A stretch of 64,000 nucleotides of DNA from Eledone cirrhosa (lineage: Eukaryota). The stretch covers positions 117,614,001-117,678,000 of the forward strand of contig OZ024744.1 of NCBI GenBank assembly GCA_964016885.1. Reading direction: 5' to 3'. Made by a program: the position numbers and the translations under genes. Positions 38,437 through 51,965 of this stretch are shown here, piece after piece (positions within the stretch are counted from its first letter, which is position 1; the number at the start of each line of letters is the position of its first letter). Below the pieces are notes generated by a model, which saw only the letters and a list, made by a program, of their open reading frames with translations, did not search any database and was not told where the DNA came from.

Positions 38437-41400
38437 CTACAGGCTGATATAGAGAGAAGACCCATTCACTCTGGCCATTCTCCCTACTTTCACCCACCTT
38501 TCATAAAACTTGTTGGGGTAGAGCACCTCTCTCTCCATTCTGATCCTTCTTTTAAAATGGTATTTGAAAAAGGGGACCAGTTGTTGGCCGGAGAGAAAGG
38601 TGTCTGACCTCAGCCCTTCAGCCTCGTCCACCATACAACTTCTTTAGCCATGGCTATCACACAGAGAAAAACCGCCTCTCCTTCGTTTTTGAAAGGGGGA
38701 GGCAGTTTGATCGTGACAATGGACTCGGTGGTCAACCGGATTGGTCCCACCCTCGACAGTAGTCGTTCCACATAGCCCCACAGGTCAGCAATGCCTGGGC
38801 AGTGTACGAATGCATGCGCAACGGTTTCGTCGTCATGCACGCATCTCGGACAGATTTTATTCAAAGGATCCCTACCCAGGCTCCAATGCCTGTGGAGCTT
38901 GTCTCGAACGGGTAGAGCCCCTCGGTAGCACTGCCAAGCCAGGGACTTTTGGAAGTTGTCCATCGGTCCAGGGCCAAACGTCCTACCGAACAGACTGGCC
39001 AGTTCATCTTCCTCCATGCCTAGAGCTTCTCCGAGAGCATCGTCGCACCTGCTGCGTACCAACCCTCTATAGAATGTCGAGGTGGAGTCTCCACTGATTG
39101 CCGGGTCCGCTTTCCAGAGGGCCGTGAGCACCTGGGCACATTCAATGTGCCAGTCGCCCACTTTTCTCGGTCTTTGCTTGACCCAGGATTGCAGCTCGGT
39201 GAGCGAGACGAGTCTGGGAAAGGCTCGCCTCACAAACGGGGCCCACACCGGTTGACCAGTGAGGAATACCTGGAGGTGCCGTAGCCTTAATGCGTGTTTA
39301 CGCATCTGTAGCCACGGCATCCCCAGCCCTCCTTTCGAAGGGTATTGACAGCAAATGGTTCTCCTCAGCAAAGGGGTCCGCTTGTTCCAAAGAAATTGGA
39401 ACAGCGCGCACTCCATTTTGGCGAGTCTTTTCACTGGGCAAGGCACGACGGTCAAGCGGTAGTAGATGACGGATGCTATATAAGCGTTCGCCACCTCCGC
39501 TCTACCTTTCAGGGATAGTTTGCACTGGGCCCACTTCTGGGTGAGTGCAAACACCCTGGCCGTTACCTCGTTCCAGTTTTTCTCCACCTGGAGGTTTGGT
39601 CCGAACCAGACCCCAAGCAGCTTCACCGGGCCTTCCGTCCAGCGTCCGACGACGTCGTTGGAGGGCATCGGTTTGCCTCTCCATGTTCCGAGTTGCAAAC
39701 CGACGGACTTGTCCCGGTTCAGCTTGGCTCCTGTAAACCTTTCATATTCCTCCAGTAAGGTGCCGATCTCACCGATTTGCGAGGTTTTCGACACCATTAC
39801 TGTCACGTCATCGGCGTAGGCCGACGCCGCTTTCTGCAATCCCGGTTCCAAAGGGATGCCCTGCAACCGCTCCAACTTCCGCAGTAGTGGCTCAAGAGCC
39901 AGCACATACAGTAGGAAGGAGAGAGGGCATCCCTGTCTGATGGATCGCATGATTTGGAACGGCTCCGAGAGGTGGCCGTTCACCTTGACCCTTGAGCAGA
40001 CGTTGCTGCTGTGCATCGCAGCAATCCAACCCCTGAAAACGGGTCCTTAGCCTGCCGCCGCGAGCACCGCATCCAGGTAACGATGGTCAACCCTATCGAA
40101 AGCTTTAGATTGATCCAAGTTGATCAGGGCCCCACCAAAGCCGGGTTCATTCCCTACCCTCTCTATGATGTATCGCATAAGGTGGAGATTGTCGTGAATG
40201 GACCTGGACGGGATTGCGCATGTCTGCGCTTCTCCCACCAGGTTTCCAACAACAAGCGCCAACCTCTTCGCTAACACCTTGGCCAAAATCTTTAACTCTG
40301 TATTTAGCAGAGTTATGGGCCTGAAGTTACTTATGTTATCCCCCTTGTTCTCATCCTTCCTCACCAGCGTAACTACGCCCTTGGTCACAGAACTGGCAAT
40401 TCTCCCGTTCTGCTGCCAGTTGCAGTACACCGCTTCGAGGATATTGGAGAACAAGTCCGGCATCGCTACATATAGCTCGTATGGTAGACCATCGAGACCC
40501 GGGGATTTGCGTTTGCCGCATTGGCTCAGCGCCGCCCCTATCTCAGCAGCTGAAATCGTCCTTTCGCAGGACTTCGCCTCCGCGTCCGAGAGGCGCGGCA
40601 GACCGTCGAGGTATGGATTGAAATCCATAGTCTCACCCGGCGCGCCGCCCCTCTCGAACAGTCGTGCAAAGTGCCGCTGAAAGGCCGCACACATCTGCCC
40701 AGGTTCAAGGATCACACGCCCATCCTGGTCCTTCAAAGACCGAATCGTGGACTTGTTCCCACTTTTTGCCTCTGTCACTCGGGCCCAGCTCACAGCTTTG
40801 GCTCCCTCATTACCCAGAGCACGTATTTTACTCCTGACAACGCAGCCTTCATGCTTCACCTCAAAGAACTGGTCTAAGGCCATTCTTGATGCCAGCACGC
40901 CGGCTACATTGCCACTCCTAATCGCCTCTTCTACTCTATCTACTAATTCCCTTTCCGTCTTGTTCCTATCCCTTCCTAATTCCTGACTAAAACCTATCGA
41001 TTCTATTCTAATTGCTCTCTTAAGAGAGCTCCACCACCTGTTGTTGACAATTGCCCCTGTCAAACTCTGCTTAACTAACGTGCTAATCCGTTTACTGTAA
41101 GCTTTGCTTCTCGGTAAGGACAAGTTCAGCTTCCAGTAACCGGGTCCCTGTCTATGGGTTCTATCAAGGTTGGCTATGCAGGTCACTAACTTGTGATCCG
41201 AATAGTCAACCATGAACATTTTTGGACAGCTAAATGTGTCCCTATCGTTCTCTCTAACTAGGACCCTATCTAGGTACGACCTAGATGTTCCACTGCGATT
41301 GGTCCACGTCCATAGTGGTACAGTCGGAAAATCTAGTCGATATCTATCGGCCAGGTCAAATCGGCCGATTAACCTTTTGAGGCTTTTACACCCCCCTCTA

Positions 41401-41873
41401 TTGGCACATGCCCCTACATAGTCCCAACGTGCATCCAGGATACCATTCCAGTCCCCCACTAAAAGCAAGGAGCGGGACGTTCCCAGAAAAGTTTCCAGAC
41501 GTTGGAAGTATTCCGGCCGCGCTGCCCAAAAAGGGGCGTACACAGCTATTAGTCTAAGGGCTCCACTTTCACTACTGCCGACGTCTAAAACCACCAGTCG
41601 ACCCTCCGGGTCCAGGTGCACCTTCTGTATGGCGAGGCCCAGGTGTTTTCGCAGCAGAACGACAACTCCACCCCCACCCCCCGGTTGACAGAGAGATGCG
41701 AAGATCTCAAAGTCGTCGAAGAGGGGCGCCAGTTGGTGCTCGCTGCTGATCCTGGACTCGCAAATAGCCATTACATCCATTCTATGCGACCTGAGATCGT
41801 TTAAAAGTTTGCCTTGTTTCCAAGACAGTCCCAGGCCACGTACATTCAGACACCCAACTCTTATATCAGCCAT
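38437..41873 (-). pseudogene. LINE ORF2: APE endonuclease, reverse transcriptase and C-terminal zinc finger
   Basis: CLNVRGL, GDWN and SDH (APE); KSPGLDG, FRPITLLN, LDQSKAFDRV, RQGCPLS and AYADD (RT); CPRC..ETVAHAFVHC. One in-frame TAA at 40047-40049 and one frameshift near 38613. Confidence 0.95.
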
Positions 41874-41894
41874 GTTGGTTAAAAGAGGAAGGAC

Positions 41895-43693
41895 CTACCT
41901 GTTCGGCTCCTGAGGAGCAGGTTGCACAATATCCATGGGCGTATTGGAGGGGTTGTTTGGTGGGGTGTTGTTCTGTGGTGGAGTGGGGGTGTTTGGTGAG
42001 GTGTGGGTGGGGAAACGTTTCAAGAGGACGCGGTTATAGGGTCGAGTACATGTTTTCCCCACGTCCCCAGGAAAGTTCTCTCTTAGTTTTGCATAGGTGT
42101 CCATTGGGAGTCTTATCATTTTTAAATGCGGTTTGTTGGCCGCGCTTGCAAAGAATTGCCCTTCAGTTTCCACCGAAGGGTCTTTGTGTATTGTTTTTAC
42201 TAGTTCTTTGTTATTTGTGTTAATGTATGTATACTGTTTTATTTGTGTTGTGTTTGTTTGTTGTTCTTGTGTGTCCTTACGTTTTGTTGTATGTGTTATG
42301 TTTTGGGGTGGGGCGGATTTTGTTTGTTCTGTTTGTTTTGTTTTTGTTGGTGGTTGTGTGTTTGTTTCGTTTATGTTCGAGTGGTGCTTTCTTTTTTTCC
42401 CTTTTACAGGTTGGAAGGGTTCCCCCTCTTCGTCACTAGGTGCCGTTTCAGCTGGGTCCTCGTCCGTGCTGTCGGGTAGTGGTGTATTTTGGGGTTTTGT
42501 TGTATTTGTGTGTGTTTTGGGAGTTGTTTTGGGTGGGGCCGTGTCTTGTGTTATTTTTCCGTGTTGTTTTTGTTGTTGTTGTGGTGGTGGTGGTGGAGGT
42601 GGTGGTGGTGGCGGTGGTGGTGTGTGGGGTGTAGGCAAAAGAGCCTTTTTTTTGTCAATTGAGGAAAAGCAGCCCTTAGATGACCCCTGCTTGAACAGTA
42701 GTAACATATGGGCCTCCTACCCTCGGCTGAAATGTATATAAATGTTTCTCCATCGAGGGACACCCTCTGTGGTATTCTAGCTATTCGTTCTGGTCTCATT
42801 TGGACCAGAACCTCCACGCTCAAACCGCCGAAAACGTCTGTGGTGACTTCTCCTACTGAGAGGATTCCGTCCTCGTCTTCTAAAAATCCTGTTAGTACCC
42901 CGGAAATGCATGCATTTGGCCGGATTCCGGAGACCCTTATTTTCTGCGTTCTTTTCCCTAAATATGTGGGGGAAAATGTATGTAGCTTGGAAACAATTGG
43001 CGCCACAGAGTATTTCCTGGCCGTCAATTGATCCTTCATTAGGACCGTTATATTCCCATAGAGGGGCCCTTTTTGTATGAACGATATATCACTCCACACA
43101 TTTTTTAGGACCAGCTCAATCTCTTTTTGGGATAATTGAGCTGGTTTCCTTGTTATGTTGGAAATTGTTCTGAAAGATATCGTTCTTAGCGTCGTGTCTC
43201 TTTTGATTTCTGGTGGGGAGGTGATTGTGAAGTCTCCTCCTTCTTTGAAAGTTACATACTGTTTCGCTTCCTTCATCTTTTCTCTCAGAGTTGTAATGTC
43301 CAGTTGCTTGCAGGTTTGTGTTTTCCGGACCGCCTGTGCAAAGGAGGCACCAGTAGTGGGTTCGCTTTGTTTGGTGTTATCGTTATTTTTTCCTTGGTTG
43401 GTGTTGTGACTATTGCTGTGATTGTCGTTGTTGTTTTTGTCTGCATTTATGTGACTTTCTGGGTTTTCACCCATTTTTACAAATGTTTCTTTTAATTCCG
43501 TGTTCCATGTTTCTTTTGCAGAAGTGAGGAGGGAAGACTTAGAGCCTTGTGCTTCTAGCTTCTCTGTATCACCTTTCTTAGGGGGCGTGGCTTTCACGTT
43601 AGGATGAGATGTGAAAATTCCGTCCATTTCTATTAGTTTGCCGTAATAAATTTTTAAATGGAAAATAAACTCAAAGTTTGACGACCAAGGCAA
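41895..43693 (-). pseudogene. LINE ORF1 (gag-like, CCHC knuckle), frameshifted
   Basis: ORFs 42551-43693 and 41895-42707 join through a slip in the T-run near 42650. The knuckle CYYCSSRGHLRAAF has its last Cys replaced by Phe. It lies immediately upstream of ORF2. Confidence 0.8.
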
Positions 43694-43805
43694 GGGGTTA
43701 ACGTATATTACAGTATAAAAAATTAATCAAAACTCACTTTTGAGTAAGTAAATCCGACTCGGTAGCCGAGCTTCTTCACACACGTCAACACACGTCTCTC
43801 GTATA

Positions 43806-45727
43806 CGAGATGTTATGTAAGATATTATGTGAGGTAAAGCCTTTACTGTGAAAATACAATAGTATATATAGAATAATGTAAATGTTATGTGAGATATTAT
43901 GTGAGGTAAACCTTTACTGTGAAAATACAATAGTATATATAATGTAAATTTATGTGAGGTATTATGTAAGTAAAGACTTTACTGTGAAAATACAAGAGTA
44001 TATATAGAGTAATGTAAATGTTGTGTGAGATATTATGTGAGGTAAAGACTTTACTGTGAAAATACAAGAGTATATATAGAGTAATGTAAATGTTATGTGA
44101 GATATTATATGAGGTAAAAACTTTACTGTGAAAATACAAGAGTATATATAGAGTAATGTAAATGTTATGTGAGATGTTATTTGAGGTAAAGACTTTACTG
44201 TGAAAATACAAGAGTATATATAGAGTAATGTAAATGTTATGTGAGATGTTGTGAGGTAAAGACTTTACTGTGAAAATACAAGTGTATATATAGAGTAATG
44301 TAAATGTTATGTGAGTTATTATGTGAGGTAAAGCCTTTACTGTGAAAATACAACAGTATATATAGAGTAATGTAAATGTTATGTGAGATGTTATATGAGG
44401 TAAAGACTTTACTGAGAAAATACAAGAGTATATATAGAGTAATGTAAATGTTATGTGAGATGTTGTGAGGTAAAGACTTTACTGTGAAAATACAAGAGTA
44501 TATATAGAGTAATGTAAATGTTATGTGAGTTATTATGTGAGGTAAAGCCTTTACTGTGAAAATACAACAGTATATATAGAGTAATGTAAATGTTATGTGA
44601 GGTATTATGTGAGGTAAAGCCTTTACTGTGAAAATACAAGAGTATATATAGAGTAATGTAAATGTTATGTGAGATATTATGTAAGGTAAAGCCTTTACTG
44701 TGAAAATACAATAGTATATATAGACTAATGAAAATGTTATGTGAGATATTATATGAGGTAAAGCCTTTACTGTGAAAATGCAATACTAGATATAATGTAA
44801 ATGTTATGTGAGGTAAAGCCTTTACTGTGAAAATACAATAGTATATAGAAAGTAATGTAAATGTTATGTGAGATATTTGTGAGGTAATGCTTTTACTGTG
44901 AAAATACAACAGTATATATAGAGTAATGTAAATGTTATGTGAGATATTATGTGAGATAAAGCCTTTACTGTGAAAATACAATAGTATATATAGAGTAATA
45001 TAAATGTTATGTGAGGTAAAGCCTTTACTGTGAAAATACAATAGTATATATAGAGTAATGTAAATGTTATGTGAGGTAAAGCCTTTATTGTGAAAATACA
45101 ATAGTATATATAGAGTAATGTAAATGTTATGTGAGATATTATATGAGGTAAAGCCTTCACTGTGAAAATACAATACTAGATATAGTGTAATGTAAATGTT
45201 GTGTGAGGTGAAGCCTTTACTGTGAAAATACAATAGTATATATAGAGTAATGTAAATGTTATGTGAGGTAAAGTCTTTACTGTGAAAATACAATAGTATA
45301 TATAGAGTAATGTAAATGTTATGTGAGATATTATCTGAGGTAAAGCATTTACTGTGAGAAAAATATAATAGTATATATAGAGTAATGTAAATGTTATGTA
45401 AGATATTGTGTGAGGTTAAGCCTTTACAGTGAAAATACATTAGTATATATAGAGTAATGTAAATGTTATGTGAGGTAAAGCCTTTACTGTGAATATACAA
45501 TTGTATATATGGAGTAATGTAAAAGGTATGTGAGATATGTGAGGTAAAGCCATTACTGTGAAAATACAATAGTATATATAGAGTAATGTAAATGGTATGT
45601 GAGATATGTGAGGTAAAGCCATTACTGTGAAAATACGACAGTATATATACAGTAATGTAAGAGATATTATGTGAGGTAAAGTCTTTACTGTGAAAATTCA
45701 ATTGTATATATAGAGTAATGTAAATGT
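43806..45727. repeat. 60/72-bp AT-rich satellite (left arm)
   Basis: GAGGTAAAGCCTTTACTGTGAAAATACAATAGTATATATAGAGTAATGTAAATGTTATGT, with or without GAGATATTATGT. Confidence 0.95.
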
Positions 45728-46405
45728 TGTGGTAAAAGGAAGTATCCTAGTTGGATTGTTTATCGACATAGACGTGAGGGAAGGTCCCTCATCTATTTAC
45801 CATTTTTGTAAGTGAGAATTATAACACGTGAGTGGGGTGTGTGCATAAACAAGAGAATAACCACAACGAGAGTTATATTCAACAAATGTAAATAATGGTG
45901 ATGTTTATTTTGTTTATGTGTATTTATTATATTACAAATGAAACATACCAAATATATACGTAATCCAGTTGTTGTGATGGGAGCGTATTACAATTACAAA
46001 GGTATTGTGGGGTTTGCTGTTTCCTTGGCTGTTTATCGTTTCGTGGTACAGAGGCTGTTTTCTGTGGCGTGTATATCGTCTGCTTTCCCGTGGCTGTCTC
46101 TGTTTACCTCTAGTGTTCTCAACCAGGGGGAGACAACTAGACCTGGTCTATTATCCGCCAGGGGGCGTGAGGCGTCTTACTACAGTATCTCCTGCCAGAT
46201 TTTCAAATCATCGAAAATGGATGTTATTACTCACACGTGGAGTAAGATGGCGAACAATGCAACAAGGGGGAGCTATTCGCTCTACCAATCATTAAATCCA
46301 GAATAAGGATTTGAAAAATGTTAAAAAAACAACATGCATGCATAAAAAAAAGGCAAAGAAAAAGCAGAAACACAGAAGCAAAAAAAAGGGTGCAGCTAAC
46401 ACAGT

Positions 46406-49300
46406 CTAAATATAGACGGTGCTGCAAAATCTTTTGGGCCAGTGGACCCTACGACCTGAACGGGTCGTGGTCTTGTAACGTGGCGATGGTGGTGGTGTAG
46501 GGACAGGCGATGATGGTGGTTCAGGAACAGGCGTTCGATCAACAGGCAAATACGAAGGGATTCGTGGATCAGGAACCACAGCGTCCGTGTCAAGGTGTGC
46601 CTGCTTAAGCTTGTCTATTGTAACTGTCTCCCTGGACCCTTTAATATCTAAAGTGAAATGCTTAGCCGAGCGCGCTAAGACACGGTAAGGTCCAGTGTAA
46701 GGCTGTGTGAGCGGGGGCTTCACAGAATCTTTCCTTACAAAGACATGCGTCCACGAGGGAACATCCCTCGGGACAGCAGTCTTGACAGTTTGTTTCCTAG
46801 TGTCCATTGGTGGCAAATCCTGGAAATAGGAGCGCAAACGGGACACGTAGGAAGCGTGATCTTGGGCATCAAGATAGATAGGGGCCAGCATTTGCCCGGG
46901 CAACGTCAGAGGGGCACCGTACAGTACTTCGGCCGGTGAAAATCCAAAGTCGACCTTCACCGTTGACCGAATCCCTAGTAGCACAATAGGGAGGTACTCA
47001 CTCCAATGCGCCGAGTTTATTGAGGCCATTAAGGAGGCCTTCAGTTGGCGGTGAAAACACTCTACCATACCATTCGAAGCGGGATGGTACGCCGTAGTAC
47101 TGATGCGTTTAGCACCAATTAATTTTGACAGTTCGAGGAAAAGGCTCGACTCGAACTGTCGTCCACGGTCGGTAGTTACTGTGGATGGAACTCCATAACG
47201 AGAGATCCATCCAGACATAAGAGCACGCGCTGTTGTCTCGGCGGTGATGTTTTTCAAGGGGTTGGCTTCAGGCCATCTCGAAAAACGGTCAATTATGGTC
47301 AGCAGATAAGAATAACCATCGCTGACAGGCCAAGGTCCCACTATATCAATATGAATGTGCGAAAAACGCGCATCTGGGTTAGTAAAGGTACCCAGGGGAG
47401 CCTTGACGTGTCGATGGACCTTTGATTTCTGGCAAGCGACGCAGGAACGGCACCAGGCAGCAATTTCACGCCTCATATTTGGCCAGAAAAATCTAGCTGA
47501 TATGAGCTTTGCTGTGGCAGAAGATCCTGGATGCGAGAAACTATGTAATGCCAGAAACATGGTCCGACGATGATTCTCTGGAACGAAGGGCCTAGGCACG
47601 TCCAAAGAGACGTCGCAGAGAATTTGGCCAACTGCAGTCGACAGAGGCAAGTATTTCATCTCGCAATTCGCAAACTCAGGCGATGTAACATCTAATGACT
47701 CAAGGGGAGGCTGATCCGCAGCCAAACGAGTCAGATCTATGTCAGAGGGTGACGAGATCGCTGTCACGGGTATGCGGGACAAAGCATCGGCCGCTGTATT
47801 TAGTGAACCCGGAATGTGTTGGATATCATTCGTATATTGCGAGATGAAATCAAGGTGTCTCGTCTCTCTGGGCGAGTATTTATCAGCCTTCGCTCTCAAC
47901 GCAAAAGTCAATGGTTTATGGTCAGTGAGGATAGTAAATAGTCTACCCTCTAGCATATGTGAAAAATGTTTCACGGCCAAATAGATGGCCAAAAGCTCCC
48001 TTCCAAAGGTGCTGTAGCGCGTCTCAGCAGGTTTCATCTTTCTGGAAAAGAACTCCAGCGGTTGCTGGTAACCATTGGTGTTTTGCTGTAGCACTGCGCC
48101 CACAGCGATATCCGATGCATCAACACACAGCGTTAGCTTTGCACCGGGTACCGGGTGATCCAGTAACGAAGCATTAGCCAAAGCAGTTTTGGCGTGCTGA
48201 AAATCAGCAAGTTGAGTGTCTGTCAAAGAAATGTCTTTGTTCTTCTTCCGACAAATTTTTAAAATCTCCGTCAGGGAGAAAAGCAATCTTGCACAATTTG
48301 GCACGAAACGCCTATAAAAGTTAATCAGGCCTAAGAACTGGCGTAACTGACGTAGTGAGGTCGGTGGAGGCAAATCCTCTATGACCTTAACTCGCTCAGG
48401 CCGGGGTCGAATACCGTCAGCATCGATGACGTGACCCAAGAAAGTCAGTGACTCAACACCAAAAACACATTTGGGTGCATTAATCTGCACGTTATACGCC
48501 TTCAATCGGCGGAAAAGAAGATTCAAATGGTGTATATGTTGCTCTTGAGAAGAACTAGCAATGAGCAGATCGTCAATATAGGTATAGACGAAATCGAGGC
48601 CGCGAGTAACCTCATCCATAAACCGCTGAAAAGTACTAGCGGCATTCCTTAATCCGAACGGCATGGTCAAAAACTCAAATGACCCAAATGGCGTAACTAT
48701 AGCCGTTTTTGGAATGTCATTTTTATGGACAGGAATTTGATGGTACGCACGAATTAAATCCAGTTTGGAGAATATCTTGCATCCCTGCAACGAAGACGCA
48801 AAGTCTTGCAGATGAGGGATAGGATAACGGTCCGGTTCCGTTATCGAATTTAAGCGTCGATAATCTCCAGTAGGTCTCCAATCGCCAGTCGCTTTCGGTA
48901 CCATGTGTAATGAGGACGCCCACGGGCTCATGGACGGACGAATAATCCCCAACTGCAGCATATGATCAAACTCTGATCGTGCTGCTTTGAGTTTGTCCGG
49001 AGGCAAGCGACGAGGACGAGAAAAAGCGGGAGCACCAGTTGTAGATATGAAGTGCTCCGTGGTATGAGTTGGCTCATCAACTCGAAAATTTCCCTGAGTC
49101 AGTTGCGGGAACGAGTTTAACAACGCATGGAAAGGATCACCGGTGTTAGCAAGAAAAAAGGTCGGGCTAACCGTTGGAACTCCTGCTGCCTTGCCAACAA
49201 CAGTTAAACCAGTGATGCTATCAATTAGGCGCTTACGACGGAGGTCCACCGTCAATGAAAAATGGTGGAGAAAATCCGCGCCTAGAATCGGATACGGCAA
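46406..49300 (-). CDS. pol: Gypsy Pol: partial protease, RT, RNase H and integrase (open 964-aa frame)
   Basis: [40 protein letters not shown], HxxxH..CxxC, HIDIVGP, TDRG, NGMVE and GPY motifs. The N-terminal protease DTG motif is absent. Confidence 0.92.
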   Translation of the reverse strand: MPYPILGADFLHHFSLTVDLRRKRLIDSITGLTVVGKAAGVPTVSPTFFLANTGDPFHALLNSFPQLTQGNFRVDEPTHTTEHFISTTGAPAFSRPRRLPPDKLKAARSEFDHMLQLGIIRPSMSPWASSLHMVPKATGDWRPTGDYRRLNSITEPDRYPIPHLQDFASSLQGCKIFSKLDLIRAYHQIPVHKNDIPKTAIVTPFGSFEFLTMPFGLRNAASTFQRFMDEVTRGLDFVYTYIDDLLIASSSQEQHIHHLNLLFRRLKAYNVQINAPKCVFGVESLTFLGHVIDADGIRPRPERVKVIEDLPPPTSLRQLRQFLGLINFYRRFVPNCARLLFSLTEILKICRKKNKDISLTDTQLADFQHAKTALANASLLDHPVPGAKLTLCVDASDIAVGAVLQQNTNGYQQPLEFFSRKMKPAETRYSTFGRELLAIYLAVKHFSHMLEGRLFTILTDHKPLTFALRAKADKYSPRETRHLDFISQYTNDIQHIPGSLNTAADALSRIPVTAISSPSDIDLTRLAADQPPLESLDVTSPEFANCEMKYLPLSTAVGQILCDVSLDVPRPFVPENHRRTMFLALHSFSHPGSSATAKLISARFFWPNMRREIAAWCRSCVACQKSKVHRHVKAPLGTFTNPDARFSHIHIDIVGPWPVSDGYSYLLTIIDRFSRWPEANPLKNITAETTARALMSGWISRYGVPSTVTTDRGRQFESSLFLELSKLIGAKRISTTAYHPASNGMVECFHRQLKASLMASINSAHWSEYLPIVLLGIRSTVKVDFGFSPAEVLYGAPLTLPGQMLAPIYLDAQDHASYVSRLRSYFQDLPPMDTRKQTVKTAVPRDVPSWTHVFVRKDSVKPPLTQPYTGPYRVLARSAKHFTLDIKGSRETVTIDKLKQAHLDTDAVVPDPRIPSYLPVDRTPVPEPPSSPVPTPPPSPRYKTTTRSGRRVHWPKRFCSTVYI

Positions 49301-49329
49301 GGCAGCGACAGTAAATATCCATTGTGGTG

Positions 49330-49883
49330 ATTAAATTGCCATCAGACGCTGATGAGCGTGATTGAGGAAGAGAAGAGGAAGCAACGTACTTTGGCTTCGA
49401 AGTGTCTCTCTTCGTCACCTCTACTATTTTGTCAGCAGAGACAGCAATGTGGTCGAGGGTATTTACTTCTAGCATATGGGCTAGGATCGCCTGTACCTCT
49501 TGAGGTAGGCGAGAGAAGAACAATTGCTTCAGGAAAGGGCTATCCTGATCCTGGGAATCGCTCAATTCCCGCAAATGCCGGAGAAAAGCGGTAGGGGTTC
49601 TGTCACCTAATCGTTCGTCCGCGATCAATGACCGAAAACGACTCTCTACCGACTTACAGTTCCTTCTCAAGATCTCACCTTTTAAAGACTCATACGTTAA
49701 GTCAGAGGGGGGGGGGTCTTTAATTAGGTCTTGGACCGAATCTGCTAAATTAGGGGGAAGTCCGCTAATCAAGACAGCGAGGCGCTGGTCAGACTCGGTC
49801 TTACAGACCGTAAAATACGCCTGTAGCTGGGCGAACCACAGCTTAGGGTTTCCGGTAAAGGCGGCCAAATGTGGCGTATTCAT
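49330..49883 (-). pseudogene. gag: Gypsy Gag, C-terminally truncated
   Basis: NPKLWFAQLQAYF..LGDRTPTAFLRHLREL..LPQEVQAIL. It fuses at about 49330 to the protease C-terminus ([14 protein letters not shown]) with no zinc knuckle. Confidence 0.82.
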
Positions 49884-50946
49884 TGTGAAACGTTTAAAAT
49901 AAAAAAATATATATATATAAACAGCAATTAATGTTCCCTCGTACAGGGAAAAGCAAACACCCAAAATGGAAAAAAAATGAAAGGTCAAAAAGAAACAGAC
50001 ATTCAAAACATTAGGAAATAGGATAAATACTTAAAATACATATATATATTTTTAAAAAAAATTTTTTTTTCCTTCAACGTCTGTCCCCTTGTGTTGCTTC
50101 AACGGGCAGGCCAAATCAAATAACCCGAGAAAAAGAGAAAAAAAAAATGTTTGTTTTAGAATATATCCACGTTGGATATCAACAATAGGTAGCCAGTGGC
50201 TAAAAATCCCTTAGAAAAAAAGTAAGGCATGTATATCCTCTGCGGGGCAGTAATGTTCACAAAAAAGTTTTTTTCCCTTGATCAAATATGGAACACACAC
50301 GCAATTCAAAATGTCCCTGTCCTGGCGGAAAATTACAAAACGGGGAAGGAAAGCAACGCCATCTTGGAAAACATTTTTGGCTGTCTTTTTTTTGTATTTT
50401 CGTAAGTTTCGAAAAGGTTGGCAACGTGGTAATAACAGTGAAGTTCAACTGAATAAAGAGGCTGCGTAAAATTCTTACGTCGGTCACCAGTGTGGTAAAA
50501 TGAAGTATCCTAGTTGGATTGTTTATCGACATAGACGTGAGGGAAGGTCCCTCGTCTATTTACCATTTTTGTAAGTGAGAATTATAACAAGTGAGTGGGT
50601 GTGTGCATAAACAAGACAATAACCACAACGAGAGTTATATTCAACAAATGTAAATAATGGTGATGTTTATTTTGTTTATGTGTATTTATTATATTACAAA
50701 TGAAACATACCAAATATATACGTGATCCAGTTGTTGTGATGGGAGCGTATTACAATTACAAAGGTATTGTGGGGTTTGCTGTTTCCTTGGCTGTTTATCG
50801 TTTCGTGGTACAGAGGCTGTTTTCTGTGGCGTGTATATCGTCTGCTTTCCCGTGGCTGTCTCTGTTTACCTCTGGTGTTCTCAACCAGGGGGAGACAACT
50901 AGGCCTGGTCTATTATCCGCCAGGGGGCGTGAGGCGTCTTACTACA

Positions 50947-51390
50947 ATGTTATGTAAGATATTATGTGAAGTAAAGCCTTTACTCTGAAAAGACAATAGT
51001 ATATATAGAGTAATGTAAATGTTATGTGAGATATTATGTGAGGTAAAGCCTTTACTGTGAAATTACAATAGTATATATAGAGTAATGTAAATGTTATGTG
51101 AGGTATTATGTGAGGTAAAGACTTTACTGTAAAAATACAATAGTATATATAGAGTAATGTAAATGTTATGTGAGATATTGTGTGAGGTAAAGACTTTATT
51201 GTGAAAATACAATAGTATATATAGAGTAATGTAAATGTTATGTGAGATATTATGTGAGGTAAAGGCTTTACTGTAAAAATACAATAGTATATATAGAGTA
51301 AAGTAAATGTTATGTGAGGTAAAGACTTTACTGTGAAAATACAATAGTATATATAGAGTAATGTAAATGTTATGTGAGGTAAATCCTTTA
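50947..51390. repeat. 60/72-bp satellite (right arm)
   Basis: Same unit as 43806-45727, resuming in register after the ATGT TSD. Confidence 0.95.
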
Positions 51391-51965
51391 GCAGAATAAT
51401 AATATTATGCCTACATGGCATAATATTAATAAGAAAGAATATATGTCATGGTTGTTATTTGTTATAGTGATAAATGTAAGGTTTGTTAAGTGAGGGAGAG
51501 GCAAAGTAAGCCATAAAGTGAATGTTGGTTGAAGTACTAGTAGTTCATTGTAGGCTTTGTAGAAAATAATATTATGAGACTTTATAATATTTTACAAGCT
51601 TTATTTACAACCGACCACAAATGTTAAGCTGGGTTGACAAGTCAAAGAAAAGGACAAACAAAATTAAGAGTTTTAAGAAGTAAAGAAATGGCGCTGTGGC
51701 CAAAGTGAAAATCTCACCGTCACATAATTGCGTGTTTACCTTTCAGAGTCCAAAGCAGCAAGAGAGCGATTTTTGAATCACCGTGGGAATTTTTCCCTCT
51801 GGGCGGAGGTCGAGATACATTCTCCTATGCTAGTAGCAATTGGCTGAACTGAACCAAACAACGTACGGAGAATGTATCCATGAGCCATTAGAATGTCTGT
51901 CACTACACCTTTACTGTGAAAATACAAAAGTATATATAGAGTAATGTAAATGCTAACGGGTTAAG

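Larger units (their letters stand above)
38213..43802 (-). mobile_element. Near-full-length L1-clade (Tx1-like) non-LTR retrotransposon
   Basis: ORF1 followed by ORF2 (APE-RT-CCHC). The 3' end reads CCCTGGTGGCAAATAAAGAAATT. Satellite units flank both sides (38161-38215 and 43806 onward). The 5' boundary is approximate and I see no clear TSD. Confidence 0.9.
45728..50946 (-). mobile_element. Ty3/Gypsy LTR retrotransposon, CsRn1-like
   Basis: LTRs at 45728-46184 and 50491-50946 (TG..CA; about 7 substitutions and 1 indel by eye), 4-bp TSD ATGT, and tRNA-Trp-like PBS TGGTGACCGACGT (50477-50489, minus strand). Confidence 0.96.

Noticed and set aside
41957-43495. Cys/Val/Phe-rich plus-strand ORFs
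   Set aside because: They are antisense shadows of the A/C-rich LINE ORF1.
44451-45701. 416-aa ORF and neighbouring His/Ile/Tyr-rich ORFs
   Set aside because: These are translations of a satellite whose 60/72-bp units are multiples of 3, with no protein-like features.
45938-46306. ORFs within the Gypsy LTRs (also 50700-50957)
   Set aside because: They are antisense to the element, duplicated only because they lie in LTRs, and have no recognisable domain.
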